A stretch of DNA of 64,000 nt from Nymphaea colorata (lineage: Eukaryota), in contig NC_045138.2 of assembly GCF_008831285.2 (NCBI RefSeq), positions 25,172,001 to 25,236,000 on the forward strand. Direction: 5' to 3'. The translations under genes and the position numbers were made by a program. How positions within the stretch are numbered: position 1 is the stretch's first letter; every line of letters begins with the position of its first letter. The notes beneath the pieces are model-generated. The model ran no database searches, was not told the origin of the DNA, and worked only from the letters and a program-made list of their open reading frames with translations. Below, piece by piece: positions 1 to 14,615 of this stretch.

Positions 1-929
1 TACAGATTTATAGTTTGATGTTGGACTTAGCTGTGGTCAAAATACTAAAAAAGGATCTTATATGTGGATATTATGTGGGACTTGGAGATCTTTAGTTTGA
101 TAAATAATGGAGTTTGCATAGATTTGTTGACACATCAAATCTAAAGATGTAATATTATTGATTTCAACACACGCTTATGAATTTGGTAGAGGTCAACTGG
201 AGGCATTAGATGTCTCAAGATTATTATGGAAATAACGAGAATTGTTCGGAGATCTTTGCTGTTTGGCCCGTTCCACATTATTGAATATTTCAAATCGCCG
301 CTGTTCGTCGATGGATGTTCAAATTTCAAGTAGTTAGCACGTGCTAGCACGTGCTAACTCCAAAAAGAAAACAACTGATGCAAACAAAATAAAAACAAAA
401 AAAATGAAGGGAAATAATTGAGGCGTAAGAAATTTAAAAATGTACATTAAAACAATGGGCCACATTTTTTTTAATAAAATATGGCGTGAATGGCCCTACT
501 TTACAGTGTGCGCAATGAAGCAGTGGTTCATAATAATTTTATGATATTTAAAAAGTTTACCTGCCTCTTCCGTCGTTTGACATTTTCAAGAAACTTCAAG
601 GGCGTTCTTGTCCGTGACAAATTATCCCTCGGACTTGTTCCGACCAAACGATTTCTCGAGAAGTAAAATCTTCGCCGCTTTTCTTTTTTCCCGATGTCAT
701 AATTCTGTAGGATGCTGAAAGTCTAAAGTTATTTTATTAAAAATTCATGAAAAAAAAAAGTTAAGTGCTCTGCTTTTTTTATACGTCAAAACTAGTTTGA
801 GCTTTGAATTTCAGAGTTTCTTATTTCTGTATTGTGTGACATTCCACATTCATATGTGGAGCCAAAATCACGAGTCGACAAGCATATATCATTTTTGGTA
901 CACTTTGATAGTTGGAAAAAATGAGATGC

Positions 930-1345
930 AACCCAATAATGTTTGCCAATTTGATTAAATGCAGCTGGAAATAGATGTACTCGTCGATATATTCAATTTA
1001 TCAAATGTTTGTTCAAATTCAGATTTGAATGCCAACGAATAAAAGTATCTAGCAATCCAAATCCAACTAACTTTTAAATTCGTAATTTCAATCTATTCAA
1101 CACACGTTTACTTTTTACTTCCGAATCAAATCCAAACTTATGTTAAGAGCCAATTTGGAAATATATGAACATTAGATATAAGATATTTACTTGAAACTGT
1201 ATCGGTATTTTATCAAAATATTTATTTAAAACTGAATCGGAAGTGAATCAACTGTCATTTCTTAAATGTGATCAAATTTCTTGTTTGGACGTTATTTTTT
1301 TCGTATCCAACATTTTTTAAAGCCGAATCCAATCAATGGACATTA
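930..1345. mobile_element. Old relic of the AATCC/GGAT-rich MITE family
   Basis: Same sub-repeat vocabulary (aatccaaatccaa, ccgaatcaaatcc, ccgaatccaatcaatggacat). Termini are decayed. Confidence 0.35.
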
Positions 1346-4300
1346 AATCGTACGAACTTCTTTGTTGAATGGGTGATATTTTATGAATGTAATGCATTGC
1401 CTCAATGTTTTACGTCGTTCACATAAAGCATATTGTGCAGGTCTCGTAAATTTATGCGCTCTTTGGAATAACATATGATCTTTATCATTCTGTTTTCCGC
1501 TACAATAAGCAAGTTCAAGGAGGAGAAAAGAAGATGTGATTATTTTCTTGAGACTGGCGTCAGCTATAAAGGCTAGTAACCTACAGGATCTGGATATAGA
1601 TCCACAGCCACATGGTTCAAATCGAGGTCCAGATTGGAGTTCTGATTTCATGTGCCCCAACTCCCAAGGTCTAGATAATTTTTAAAAAATATGGATGTTC
1701 GCATTGTTTTTCTTTAAAGCAATTTTGAGTATGCATAGTTTTGATGTTTGAAATCTTGCTAGAAAGGATTTAAGTTGGGCGTACTCCCTGACAAGGACGG
1801 GAGACTGCAAAAAAATTTATCAATAACTAGTCAGCTATTAATTGTCGTGGTAGCTCTGTTTCTTCTTCAGGACTATTTAAAAGCAAGTGATTCGTGTGAG
1901 CATTTAAATATTGTTCGATAGATCTTTTTCATGTACCCAGCAAATGTGAAGTCCTTTGAAAGTAAAGTAAATTCTTTTACAGCAACTGCTTGAATTTATC
2001 GAATGGTTTAGAAACGCAAATACTCAAATAAAAAAAATATTGAAGTTGACTTGAAAAAAGTATTTTTTTCATAAGAGAACAAAATGACATTTTTTTTAGT
2101 TGATCTATTTGCAATTTCACTTTTCTCTCTCTTTTATCGTACCTCATGTTTTTTCTTTTATAGTGTTTTTGACGCTACATGATCTTCTTTTATTCTTACT
2201 TTTTCAAACTTGTCTTCCATTCGCCTTCTTCTTCTCTATTGTCTTTCTCTTCACTTGCTTTTTCCTTGGTGTCATGACTAGAGTTTGTGGCCTATATCCT
2301 CTTTGTGGCGCATTTGGGAGGAACGCAACAACCAGGTCTTCGGGGCGCATCCTGATGGTCAGATTCTATGGCACGCCTTATATAAGGGATGTCTAACTTG
2401 ATATGATGCTATGGCACCATCTTTTGTTTGTTGCTAGGTGACTCTACCACTTTGTCTATCCACTTTCTACCCACCTTCCTTATTATGTTTTATTGTACTG
2501 TTGTCTTGTATATTTTATTTTTCTATTTTATTTTTGTGATTTGTTCTTATATTTAAGGGACTGGAGTGCCATTTTGACTCTATGGGCACTCTATCTATTG
2601 TCATTCTTCAAATGTTCGATGGTCTTTCTGTTCAAAGTGGGTCTGTGTATCTTATAAATTTGCCACATTTTCAAAGGATGAGGAAACGATTTGCTGTAGC
2701 CACTAGATGCAGATCCAGCTCTAGATTTCAAGAGAGATCAGCTATTATAATTTATTATGCCAAGTGACACCAGTCCAAAAGAATCCGACACCTATGGCAA
2801 TATAATAAACTGAACCTCTCTGATCGAATTTGTCTTTTTTGTTTTTTTCAAAGCTCTAACCAATCGAAATGAAACTCGCAGTCAGTAACTGCATAAATCC
2901 ATCCCGTTCACCGAATGAGTTTCTTTTACAGTGCAGCTTTGGAGTGATTACATTGGTATTCATGTTTTACTCCAACATATTCAAATGCACATTTTTGAAG
3001 TATGAAAAGTCAACTTCATTTGTACATTTCGAGTGCTCAAGAAGGGAGATTTTACGTACAAGTCACTTTAATTAGTTTAGGAAACCTATGGTTGAAATGC
3101 AACAACTACAACTTTAGACGTACTTTTCTCTACCTTATTTCAAGTGTCTTAACTATGTAAAAGCGGGTTCATTTATATCTCAAATTGCCAATGGATTATT
3201 TTTTTTTTTTTTTTATAGAGAAATGCGGTTGAAAGTATGGGAGAAAATACGACAAAGATTAGTGGGACAGTGAAGACAACGCTCATAAATGTGGGATCCA
3301 GATGTCTTTTGGTGAACCAGCAATGAGATTATTGAAGGCAGTTTTTTAATTTTTTCAATCAAGAAGTTTCAGAGGCCAATCTGTTCCCTGTGAGGACAAG
3401 AGTGAGGACAAGAGTGACTCCCACCAAGAAAACACATCATAAGAAACCATAATGGTAGAATTTAAACTTGATCCGCAGAATGATATTCGCTTTTTATTAC
3501 CACCTGTGGTAGTCTTGGATGGTAAACCAAATCTTTACAAGTCTTAAACTCTACCTCTCAGGCGTTTGGCATAGCTGATCAAACCAATAACCAGTGAAAG
3601 TTCGATTTCCGTAGGCATCAATCCTCTCTGCAAGCCAATCCAGTCTTAAACCTTCAAGACAAGGTGGCAAGCCAATCCAGTCTTTGACCTTCAAGACAAG
3701 GTGGAGAAGAAGGGGAGCCTCAGCTTTTCGTTCCTCACCGGAACAAATCCTGAATTCTAAGTCAAAGAAGCCGATAACATGAAAAAACTTGGATGCCGTG
3801 CAACAAAAGATGGTTTTTTTATTATTATTATAGATGTATTTTCTACACGCCAAAAAATATCCTCACTGAATTTAGATGAAGTGGATTTTCAACTTTCCCT
3901 ATCACAAACCTTTTTTATTCGACGTGATATTTCAGGTCAGGATAATCGTTCCCCCCCCCCAACCCCAAATCAATGGCTTTCAAGAAATATCGAACAGCCA
4001 CAACCGGGTAATAGCCCGTGGACAAAATTCGGGTAAATGAACGCATTGAACACGGATAACATTTGATTGTTAAATACAATATATAACTTTATAAAGATGA
4101 GAGAAAAAAAATCTCATACAGAAAAAACTTTAAAAAATCTTAAAGTACTAATCTCACATAAGATATTGAGAAATTCACAGTTAAGAGATCACTTGGCTAT
4201 ACCTTTCCAGACAACCAAAATGTTTAAACACCTTCGTCATTTCTTTCATGCCACCCAGAAAGAGAGACTCCTCGGGATAGACCGGGGGTAAGCCCACTCC

Positions 4301-5265
4301 ACACTGCCTGAACTGACTATTTGCGCTGCCCATCATTTGGCACATGGCACAGCACAGAGAGAGAGAGAGAGAGAAGACATATATACTAATAACCGTACCA
4401 TGCCACTTTCCTTTTCCTTTTCTGAAAAGAGATTAAAACCACTTACAAGTCTGGAAGAACCCTTTTTTCAAAAATGATGGATATTAACCTCACGCCACTG
4501 CTTGGTAGTTGTCAGCAAGTGTGGCATACATCAGGAAAAATTCAGAAACATGATGTTCATATCTAAAATTAGGCTGAGAGAGAGAGAGAGTGTGTGAGAA
4601 AGAGAGAGAGAGAGAGAGAGAGACTACGACCATGTTCATCCATGTTAGACAGATCATAGGCATTCATGCAGCACCATGCAGGACTGCTAAAAAACAGGAT
4701 AGTTTCTCGTCCTAGAGAGCTTAGACAAAGAATTGCCTTGCAGACTAGAGGCACCGTGTTGCCCAGGAAATACAAAATTATGATTTGCTATGTACTTATC
4801 TTAAACAACCAACGATTCTTTAACCAAAGCTATAAGACTCCCCACCCTTACAGGGTGCTGCAAATATTCGAAACGTTAGAAGCCATAACACACCGACGAT
4901 CGGAAAATATTACACCACCGGAGAAATGGTCTTCGTACACTGGGTACCCTCTGAACCGTCCCAACCAAGCAGCATTATCATGCTGACACAATCCTACAAA
5001 CCAAAAGTTCAAAATTAAAAATAAAATAAGCTAAGGACAGAGAATGAGGGCTGCATGCTTCAAGTCAAGAAAACTAGCTAAATACTAAAATAACTCCATG
5101 AGCAGAAACACCTCCATTTCAACACATGCACAAAAATATCGATCCACGATATATATCAGTACACTAATTAGGGAACCGTAGTATCAGCACCACAAGCAAA
5201 TCATGAGTCAAGAAAATAATTTCATAGAACCATCACGGAGATTGATATATGATAACCAAAAAAGC

Positions 5266-6728
5266 TCACCTGTTCGCCCTCACGTCTGGATTATCTCTCA
5301 AACCAAGCTTAGAAAGACAAAGGCAGTATGATTCCCAGTCCGTTCTCCGTAAGTATCTCAATAGCTTCTTCCTCCTCCCAACCATCGATTGGAGCCCTTT
5401 CCTAGAGTGTTTATCCTGCCATAAGAACAAATGCACACATCAAATGCTATTTGACTTGGTCATCAACATGACAAGATAGTAACTGTAAAGTGGCCAAAAC
5501 AATAATTCCAATTTTAGAGTATGATCAGTTATTGCTGACTAAGAAAACTACACATTAAGACTGCCATGCAGTATCATATATCAGGAGATAAAATTGGTCA
5601 TTGTTAGAGGGCATCTGCACAAGTCTCTCAACAATGCATGCTTATTGTCAAAGGACACAATCTCACGTAGGTGCAGGTGTCTTTGCATAAAGCACAACAG
5701 AAAACCACTATTACAAGAACATGGGTACAGAAAGGAAGGCATCATACATATACAATCGATGTATGCATGCATGTCTTTGTTTCTGTACAAAGACATTACA
5801 CAGGCAAGCATGAGTGGGTCATTCTCCATCCATCTGATGTATATATGCATGTCTTCATTTCCGTACAAAGGCAGATATTGAAACAGGCATTAATGGGCCA
5901 TTCCCCACCAAGTCTTGTTGAAAAATAGATCGGCCATACAATGCCAGAGGATGATACACTGCTTGAATAAAAAAGGCAGCTTGCAAGAAGATCTGACGTC
6001 CATTCTTTTTTGTTCACATGACTGAATAAATTTTCAACAAAACAAAAATGTCCAATATGCATACCAAATGTCTGACACTTTCATGTTCAAGAAGAGCTGT
6101 TTCAACAAAAGCAATCAGCAAAGATAGGACCATCTGGATTGTCCATGTAACATATACTGTCCAAAGTGAAGGGCCTATATATGTCCTCCGTGCTGATTTA
6201 AGGCTTTAAAGATGCCTTTCCAGAATTAAGTAATTTCAAGGACATGTCAGACCAGATAAGCCTCAAGGCAACACCTATGAAACTGTTATTGCTATTCAAA
6301 CATTCCATAGAACAGTGCACTTCTTTTGATCATTTGCCTTCCTAAGTCCTCTTCACTATTGAAATCATATTTGGGAAAACAAACTGCGAAAAGTGGACTA
6401 GAAGAAAGATCAGGAATTATTCCTAGGGTCATAGGTCCTTTGATGGCATTCTATGCCTTCCACCGCACATGCTTACAGAAGTGAAAAGTCTTGAAGTTGG
6501 ACCAAGGCACCCTTGAGACAGAACCAGAAAAGAAGCACATAAGGTAATATTCATAAAGTAAATAACTAAACCTGCACAATCAGAACGGTGTAATGACTTC
6601 AGTGATCAAGACAAGCATAAAGTCAAGTCAATCAACTTATATTTACCTTTTTATGCAAAACGGATGATAAATGCTTAATCTTTGTCGTAAGCACTGCAAC
6701 TGCAATAAATGAAGTTTTAGGAGCATCA

Positions 6729-6759
<31 letters not shown>

Positions 6760-7237
6760 TGAAAAAAAAAAATCAACCACACAACAATGACATTAGACAT
6801 CATTCATAACACACGTCCCCCAGGCCCCAACCCAGCCCACCACCACCAAAACAAACGAGAATACAATCCATATCTATAATACATTGATTTTGGTGAACAA
6901 ACAGATGCAATTTCATTATTTCAGAAGGCACATAGGAAAGCATCATCCTAGTAGTCAAAAGCATGCCTAGGCCCTAGCTGCTTACCTTATCAACTAGGCT
7001 GGCCCACCTAAGCCAAAATCTTTTTCCTCCTACTACCTTTTCTCATGCTTTTTCTTCTCCTCAATGAAAAGAAACCATTTGGTGCTGGATTTTGGAGGAA
7101 AACCCAGCAACAATGCAATGCTTGAAAGGAAAAAGGTCATCTGACTCATCATTGCCACCTGGTTTGAATCACTAGATCAACAGAAGAAGAAATATGGTGT
7201 GGTGGGAACATCCTCACTTAATCTAACTGGTAGCATA

Positions 7238-7282
<45 letters not shown>

Positions 7283-7374
7283 ATCAGGTTTGGATGGAGA
7301 AATCCTCTGTCCTCTCACAGCATACCAGCCCATGCAATGCAGCACGTGACTGTGATTGGACAGAGCTCAAAATG

Positions 7375-7416
<42 letters not shown>

Positions 7417-9264
7417 CAGGCACACCCTAAATGGTCTCTAGAACTATGCAAGTTAAGCAAGATACTCTCCACCTATTGCAGTCGATTCGATTTAGTATCC
7501 ATGCTGTCTGTAGTTGGTTCTCAAATCATTATGGACTATGAACTGTTCCTGCTTTAAGAAATTTTGGAAAAAATGATGAAAAAGAATCTCTGGTTAACAC
7601 CTTAATGTGATAAATGCAATTCTGCATTTTGAAATAGCATGTTTTTATCTTATCAAACAATATCATGCAAGCCAAACAAGACTACCTCAGATATCCAAAG
7701 TACGAATGTATTTTACCTAAAAAAGATTTGCCATGATATCATCCCAAAATAACTAATAATTTAGAGTCCTTAGCAAACAGAGGCATTCAGATATTCAAAT
7801 GGAAATCCATGATAGTGTTGTACAATCTAGATGCTAAAGTAGATTTCAATATCTTACCTTGAACCCGTGAAGATCCACAATCTGATTCAGACATTTTAAA
7901 CTCTTCCCTGACCTTCTGAAGCTCCAACTTGAGCTTCTCCGATGAAGACATGTTATCAGGATGGAAGTACTACAAAGAAGAAAGACAAAGAAATATAAAG
8001 CATCATTGAGGAAGTATCCTGACCATTGGAAAAAGAAATGCTGAAAGCATGCAATTAATATAAGAAATGAAAAATCTCCGGGCATGTGGAAGGAGAAATT
8101 GTTGTCAATGAGAGAAGCATGCAGAGGGTAAACTAAAATAACAAACATCAAGATGCAACTTCTGGTCATAAAAGAGGTGCCTAAAAACATACAGAAAAAA
8201 GTAGATTGACCAATACTATTTCCAACCTTCTCTTAGGACTATAACGGAAGGTCTGATCTGATGGCAAGATATGAAATGTTTCCCTACTATCTCCACTGGC
8301 TACTGCTGAATATGCCTGAACAATTAAACTAGTTACCTCATTTTTAACCAAGACTTTGGATTTCTGAAGACAGTCACAAGTTGCATTTGAGCTCATCATT
8401 TTGGAACAAATATGGATTTTATTCACAACCTGGATACAACTCTGGCCAGGACCTCACAATGAGCAACAAACACACACGTTCCTTACCATAGACACTTCCC
8501 GGTCCTATGTCTGGTAAAAGAGATCAAACCTATCCAAAGTCCAGGAAGCATATTGCATGGAAACTAGATGTTCACTTAAAAAGGTGGAGTACATACTGAA
8601 GAAGACTTCACTCTTAACCCTAGTAGATTCATGTCCATTCTGTCTTTTCTTTTCTTAATCCACCTTGACAAAGAGAACAAGTTGGCTTATGAAAAAGGCA
8701 AGCTCAAGAAAATTTTGGCTGCCCTCTTGAAGTATGTTATGCAAATTTACCCGTTCAGCTTCAACCAATTTATTAGATACTAATCATATATGTTTTAGCT
8801 TAAGATAAAAGCTAAGCTTCTTCACAACTACTTCGGAAAAAGTCAGGTTTTTAAGAATCTCTTCTACTCTATTATAAAGAAATCACAGAAAAAATTATGC
8901 ATAATACGATTTGAACCCAAACATCCAACTGATTCATTGGAGGCTCCAAAATATTTTGATATGCATGATTGAAAAAAGAAGGTATCTGCCCAAGAAAAAT
9001 GTAAATAAATCATCAACTGGAGAATAAGATAAAAACAGAATTCTAGAAGCAGGTAAGTTTGCTTGATAAGTGACCTTTTCAACTAGATCATCTTTAGGGG
9101 GTGAAAGCATATAGCTAGGAGTCACTTGCCCACCCAACTGACCCAATAATGCCAGTCTCTGCACTACAAACAATAAAAGTAAGATAAGGGAAGGAACTGC
9201 ATATATATCCCCTATAAATTGATTTAGCCTGACAAGTCAAAACAACTATGTGGATGTGCACATG

Positions 9265-9308
<44 letters not shown>

Positions 9309-11144
9309 GGATTGTCGACAGCAGAGATCCAAAATGAGGTGACTGTGTGCACAGAGATTCTAAAAAACCAAGCCAACAACACATGAAGCATACAACAAAC
9401 TACAAATCTAGACCCACAGTCAGCTGACTGTGGGATGTACAGGGAGATTCTAGAAATCAAGCCAGCCAGAATTTGAAAAACAAATAAGACCTCAATGCCA
9501 TTGATCCATGGATTTACCAGTTCTGAAGTAATTTGGCCTCCGTTTTCAGCAGCTTACATTTTCCTTTCTTTTTTTTCAACAAAGGAGAAGGAAATAGTGA
9601 ATATTGGGTTATTGAACACCTAGAATTTGCACGTATGACGGGCCAAGGGCATGGTGACAAAATGTCCTTTCCTCATAAATAATCTCAAAAACATGATATT
9701 TTGAAAAGAAACCATTTTCACAAGATATGTATTTTATATGCATAACTGACGGACTACTTTTCAAACGATTAATAGCTGCAATTTTGTCGAATTTCATGCA
9801 ACAAATGTGAGAAAATCTACGACATCCATCCACGATGGCAATTGCAATGTAGTTGCTTAACCAAAATTCCTTTTGAGGTGACATGCTAAAACTGAAAGAA
9901 TTCTGGCAACTGTAAATCGAATTTGCAATAATTTGATTGAATATTTCCTTCAAGAAAGAACTCATTACGGAAGAGCACCTAAAGAAGAAAGACTTCTGCA
10001 GGACGTTCGACTAAAGATACTCATATTCAGCATCATTAATCAATTTTACATACTTGAAAAACAAAGAGAACCCACCAACACGCAGTTAAATGAATTGAAT
10101 CGAAAAAACTCGGCAGTAAAAGAGTGAAAACGGAAAATTGATACACATACTCGAAGTCTTCGCTGCTTCGGCATGTTGAGACGTGCGCAATTGCAACAAG
10201 CTATCCCGTAGATCAGCATAGGACACCGCATCAGTCCTCGATTGCGTCTCCTTCTCCTCCATCTCCCTCAACCTCCTAAGCCTGTCATTGAGCTCGACAA
10301 GCGAGAACCCACTCCTACCCTTCAATTTCACCTCTGGCCGGAGCATCCTCAGCTTCTCCCCCAGTTGCCCGTAGGTATACATCTTGACGAACTCCGTCCT
10401 CCGCGACTCCGACGCCGCAGCTTTCTCCCCCAACTCCTTGCCGAAGATCGACGGCGGAAGTGTCTCCGGCACCCGCCGAATCCTCATTTTCGTGCCCAGG
10501 GGCTGTTCTCCCGCCTGCGGCTTCAAGCTATCCCTAAACGCTCGAAGAGAGAGCGGCTGCTCCGGCGCCTCCTTAGCTCGCTCCTTATCAGACATGCGGA
10601 TCTGCTGGAGGCTCTCGCGGATCGCGTCGAGCGTCAGCCTCGCTGGCTTCTGCTCGTCACCCGGCCCCTCCCCTCCTGCCTTCTTCCCCATGACGCTGCT
10701 CCTGTAAAGCTCCTGGAATGACAAAGGCGGCTTCTTCTCGTCTCCCGCATTGCCCTTAGGAGGAGGCGGTGCTGAACGCCGCCGGAATTCGGCGAGGTTC
10801 TGGCGGATCTCATCCAAAGAGGCGATCCTGGAAGGCCGCCGTGAGAACAAGAAATCCGGAGGCTCGACAGGAGATGAGGAAGACGCTATGGGTTCGCGAG
10901 GAGGGGATGGCCGGCGGAGGCGCGACTTGACGTCGTCAAAAAGCGACGACGACGATGGCAACTGAGACGAGTGTTGTTTGGTGGAGCTGTCCGACTGCCC
11001 ACCACCTTCTCCTCCCGCACCATTGCCGTCGTTAGGATCGGAGGAGGAAGAGGAAAGGCGGCGGAGGAGGAAAAGCTGGTGCAGCTCCGGGTCGGAAACC
11101 GAGCCCACCCTACATTTCCATTTGAGTCTGTGGAGAAGCGCCAT
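5266..11144 (-). CDS. Mitochondrial ribosomal protein uS15m-like (S15/NS1 RNA-binding family), about 465 aa, 5 coding exons
   Basis: Exons 11144-10151, 9163-9075, 7969-7858, 6699-6647 and 5415-5266 have GT-AG borders and compatible phases (1398 nt). The C-terminus reads YFHPDNMSSSEKLKLELQKVREEFKMSESDCGSSRVQVAVLTTKIKHLSSVLHKKDKHSRKGLQSMVGRRKKLLRYLRRTDWESYCLCLSKLGLRDNP, the S15 fold signature. The N-terminus MALLHRLKWKCR...LLRRLSSSSS looks like an Arg/Ser-rich mitochondrial presequence. The 3' end may be alternatively spliced (see findings). Confidence 0.9.
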
Positions 11145-11300
11145 GAAAGCTAAAACCCTCACTCCCCGAGAAAACGATGCTAGGGCATCATGAAAATTTA
11201 TCGCAGAATAGACGAAGCCGCTTCCCGCTTCCCGTTTCCCGCTAAATGGGTCCACAAACCCGAGTACTTCCTACCTGGAATTAAATAAAATTCTTATCTT

Positions 11301-11309
11301 AAACCCTAA
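11301..11309. promoter_or_regulatory. Telo-box (AAACCCTAA) upstream of the ribosomal protein gene
   Basis: Exact AAACCCTAA about 160 bp upstream of the minus-strand ATG at 11144. Telo-boxes are typical of plant ribosomal-protein and translation-machinery promoters. Confidence 0.55.
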
Positions 11310-13429
11310 TTAGTCCATACCATTTAGGCATGTAACTTACATAGCATACATCGTGTAATATACTATCTATCATATGCATATACTTAAAATTATATTTTCT
11401 CATGACTTGCATCTATCATATATATCTTGCATAATTCATGTCATTGGGTTACATAGAATGTGTATTCTAACCGGTATCTTATATTGTGTGGTTCGATTTT
11501 TTTATGTGTTTAGCATAATTAGAGTTAGAGAAACAGTGTCTATTATCTGCTTGATTAAGTATGGACATGCTTATATTATATTCATAATACAAAGTATGGA
11601 CATGTTTATCGTCAATTTTCTGTTCAACTTTCTGAACTAAAGAGTTTATATTTCTTAAACTTAAATGATTTTCAAGTTCTGTAAAAAAAAAAAAAAAAAA
11701 AAAGAAAAAAGTTGCTTTCTATGTTGCGGTAGTAGTTTTTCAAATAGTCTACTTTTATAAAATTTGGACATGGTTTGCCCTTAAGGTTACAATAAGATTG
11801 TGTTTGTTTCACCGCATATTTGAAGTCTGTAGTGATCTGAGATCTTTCCGATCTCAAATTCATGGATTTAAGGTCAAACTTCCTCCTCTCTTCAGTTCAA
11901 CCTTGAATTCATAGTTTTTGACATTAGCAAGGATTTAAAATCAATTCTAGATCTCCCAAAACTCACTTTTTGCTACAGCTTCGGATCTAAGGTCTAAGGT
12001 TACCAAACTCAACCAAAATGTCCAAAGATCTATATTGTACAATACAACTAATGGTATTTTAATCATTTTCTATAGGTTTTTACCCGTTCATGTCGTGTAG
12101 AACAGAATGGTACCTCTCTGCTTATAGTGTTTTAAGTCTAGTTTAGGGTTCAATTTTAATTTTATATTATAGTTTTATTTGTACATTAATTAGTTTATGT
12201 GTCATGTATTTTCATTAAATGATATTGCCCAAAATTATATTCCTCACTCAAGGTCAGCTGATTTTTCATTGGTAACATTGGTATGATTCCATTCCACGAA
12301 AAAATTATTTTTTATTATAAAAAATTGATCTAAGCAGAGCAAGGCCTTTGACTCGGTCTCTTGGTCGCTTGATGAATTCACGGATGGAAAAGATCATTTC
12401 ACCTGTGACAGGAAGCTGACTTCCTTTTTTTCACGGTTCAAATCTTTCTTCCAATTCTGACTTTCTTTTTAAGTATGATTATGAAGGGCACCGGTGTAGA
12501 GCGTCAAATTGTTAGGCAATTGACTTGAAAAACAAGAAAGTCGTTTCCAACTTTTCTTTTGTTTTAAGAAAATATATTTTTTTTTTCTATTAAGGGTACA
12601 ACAAATCTTTTAAGTGTCAAAATGATATGTTATTTTACAGATGCAAGCAGTTAGTTGTAATTTTTTAGACTTTAGGTGGTTTTCCATAAATAAAAACGCA
12701 AACAGTTGAATAACTAGCTATTTGTAAATTTCTCTATTCATTTTATTTCCAAGTCCAATCAAGGTGCCTATTCATTCATGCTCGCTTCCCTTCCCTTCTT
12801 CTCTCTTTCTTGGGAGAGAGAGATGTGAACTGATTGACGGCTGCCTCACTCGTTCACACACAGAGACATGACGGGGAGTCCTTGACTGGGCTTACCAATG
12901 TCACTCTCCTTCCCAGAAACGACGCCAAACAGTGGGAAGAAGTTCAAACACGTAGGTAGGAGTTCATCTCATTCTATTCTATGCACAACCAGACAAAGTT
13001 CACCCAATTACGTTCCACCAGACGCATCGTCTTCCCTGAAGCTTCTTGGATCCTACCAAGCTGTTCTTGTTGTTGCGTGTAAGAGAAGATGCACAGACTT
13101 TTGATCCGCAAACATTTTACAAAAACTCTTACCATCTTCTCAAGGGAAACCATCCTCAGGTAAATACTTTAATACTTGAAGGAGCACTAATATATATTAG
13201 ATAAGCAAATATTTAAAGCCACTTACATGAAAATAATGAACACTTGGTGTGGACAACTGCGCGTACAAAAATTATTCTTAACTAGTTTTTGAAACTGATT
13301 GGTTGGTTTGTGTATTTGGGTGACAAGACCAAAACGGAGTTTTGTGTGAACAGACATGGTTAGGTAGGCAGGTTATTCCAACTCTTTTCAAAATATTGTT
13401 TTGTCAAAAATTTTGATGGCTGGACTAAT

Positions 13430-13822
13430 GAAACATGGAGCTCGACTCGGCATGAGCTCGAAAATAGCTTGACGGAAGCAACTCGAGCTCGACTTTGCAG
13501 TCATGTGCTGAGCTCGAGCTCGACTCGATTAACGTTCGACAAACTCATTTGAATAGAATCGATATTCATCGTTACGTGTTGAGCTCGAGCTCGATCCATT
13601 AAGGCTCAACAAAGTAGCAAACTTGTTTGGATACATCGGCGCGATAAACTCAATTAGGGCTCGAGCTCGACTTGGCAGGTGCGTGTTGAGCTCGAACTCA
13701 ACTCGATTATTTGAACAAGTCGACTCATGAACTCGAGTTCGACTCGTCAAGCAAATGTCTCCGCTCAAACTCGTTCACGATCCGAGCTTTAACGAGTGAG
13801 CGAGAGTAGCTGTTCACCCATA
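13430..13822. mobile_element. CTCGAG/GAGCTC-rich non-autonomous DNA transposon relic (hAT-like)
   Basis: Dense ctcgagctcgactcg sub-repeats. The right end tgttcacccata resembles ttgttcactcata near 52269-52281. Related to 31385-31750. Confidence 0.5.
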
Positions 13823-14615
13823 GACTTAGCTAGCGGTCTATGTGAAATTAAGCGACACTGCTTCTTGTGGATGTTGAGATTTAATTGCATGATCAAATCA
13901 ATAACATCAATTTGTTATTGTAATAATCATACAACAACCTGACGTATGAGAATCAGAGACTTAGTCAAATAGTGTTCTTGTTCAAACACGAATTCTCTTC
14001 TTTCTCGACTATTAATTTCATAGCCTCATGGGCCCTGAGAGTATAAAGGCTGTATCGGCCCTCTTCTTAATTCGGTTATATATATATATATATATAAGAG
14101 ATTAGAAGGCGTGAACTCCCATTTAATTAAAGGAAATGGTAACAGCCAGCAGAGGAACTTTCAAAGGAGCGACTGTAGGATAGACACGCATGTGATGGTT
14201 GCCCAGTAAAAGCGAGACACTTGCAATGAAATTTCAGAACTTGAAACTTTTTTTTTTACTGACAGTAAAAAAGTAGAACACAACCGATGAAAAATCCCCA
14301 TAAATTTCGTTGACTAAATATTGGTTCGGATCACTTTTATGTGGTGCCTGATTGCCGATTCAATTAACCACGAAAAGAAAATTGAAGAAGATCAACCAAC
14401 TCCGCGTCTAGGAGATGGTCGTAGAAGCCAAGTGTTAGAACACAGAATCAGGACAGGGATTTAATAGAAAAGGAACAGAAAGAAAGGAAAAAAATAAAGA
14501 ATTCCAAGTTGGTATCTTCCCCGTTCATACATTTTTAGAGTTCGAACAAATATAAAGACCAACTTCAGTACAGCGTTCTGTATCTCGACACAGAGAGGGA
14601 GTGAGAGAGAGAAAG

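Noticed and set aside
2100..2396. Hydrophobic 98-aa ORF resembling a membrane protein
   Set aside because: TTG start, and the Phe/Leu richness simply reflects a T/C-rich tract.
7199..7557. ORFs containing YIYIYI or RERERE runs (also near 34986-35262, 54573-54782 and 58471-58686)
   Set aside because: Translations of (AT)n and (AG)n microsatellites.
10242..11193. Several plus-strand ORFs of 60-159 aa over the uS15m first exon, and similar antisense or off-frame ORFs over the MACPF, MYB and ankyrin exons
   Set aside because: Shadow ORFs caused by GC-rich coding sequence; they have no motifs of their own.
11145..11255. N-terminal extension of the 389-aa ORF from a GTG start
   Set aside because: Non-ATG start. 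The ATG at 11144 begins a plausible mitochondrial presequence, so the upstream part is treated as 5' UTR or promoter.
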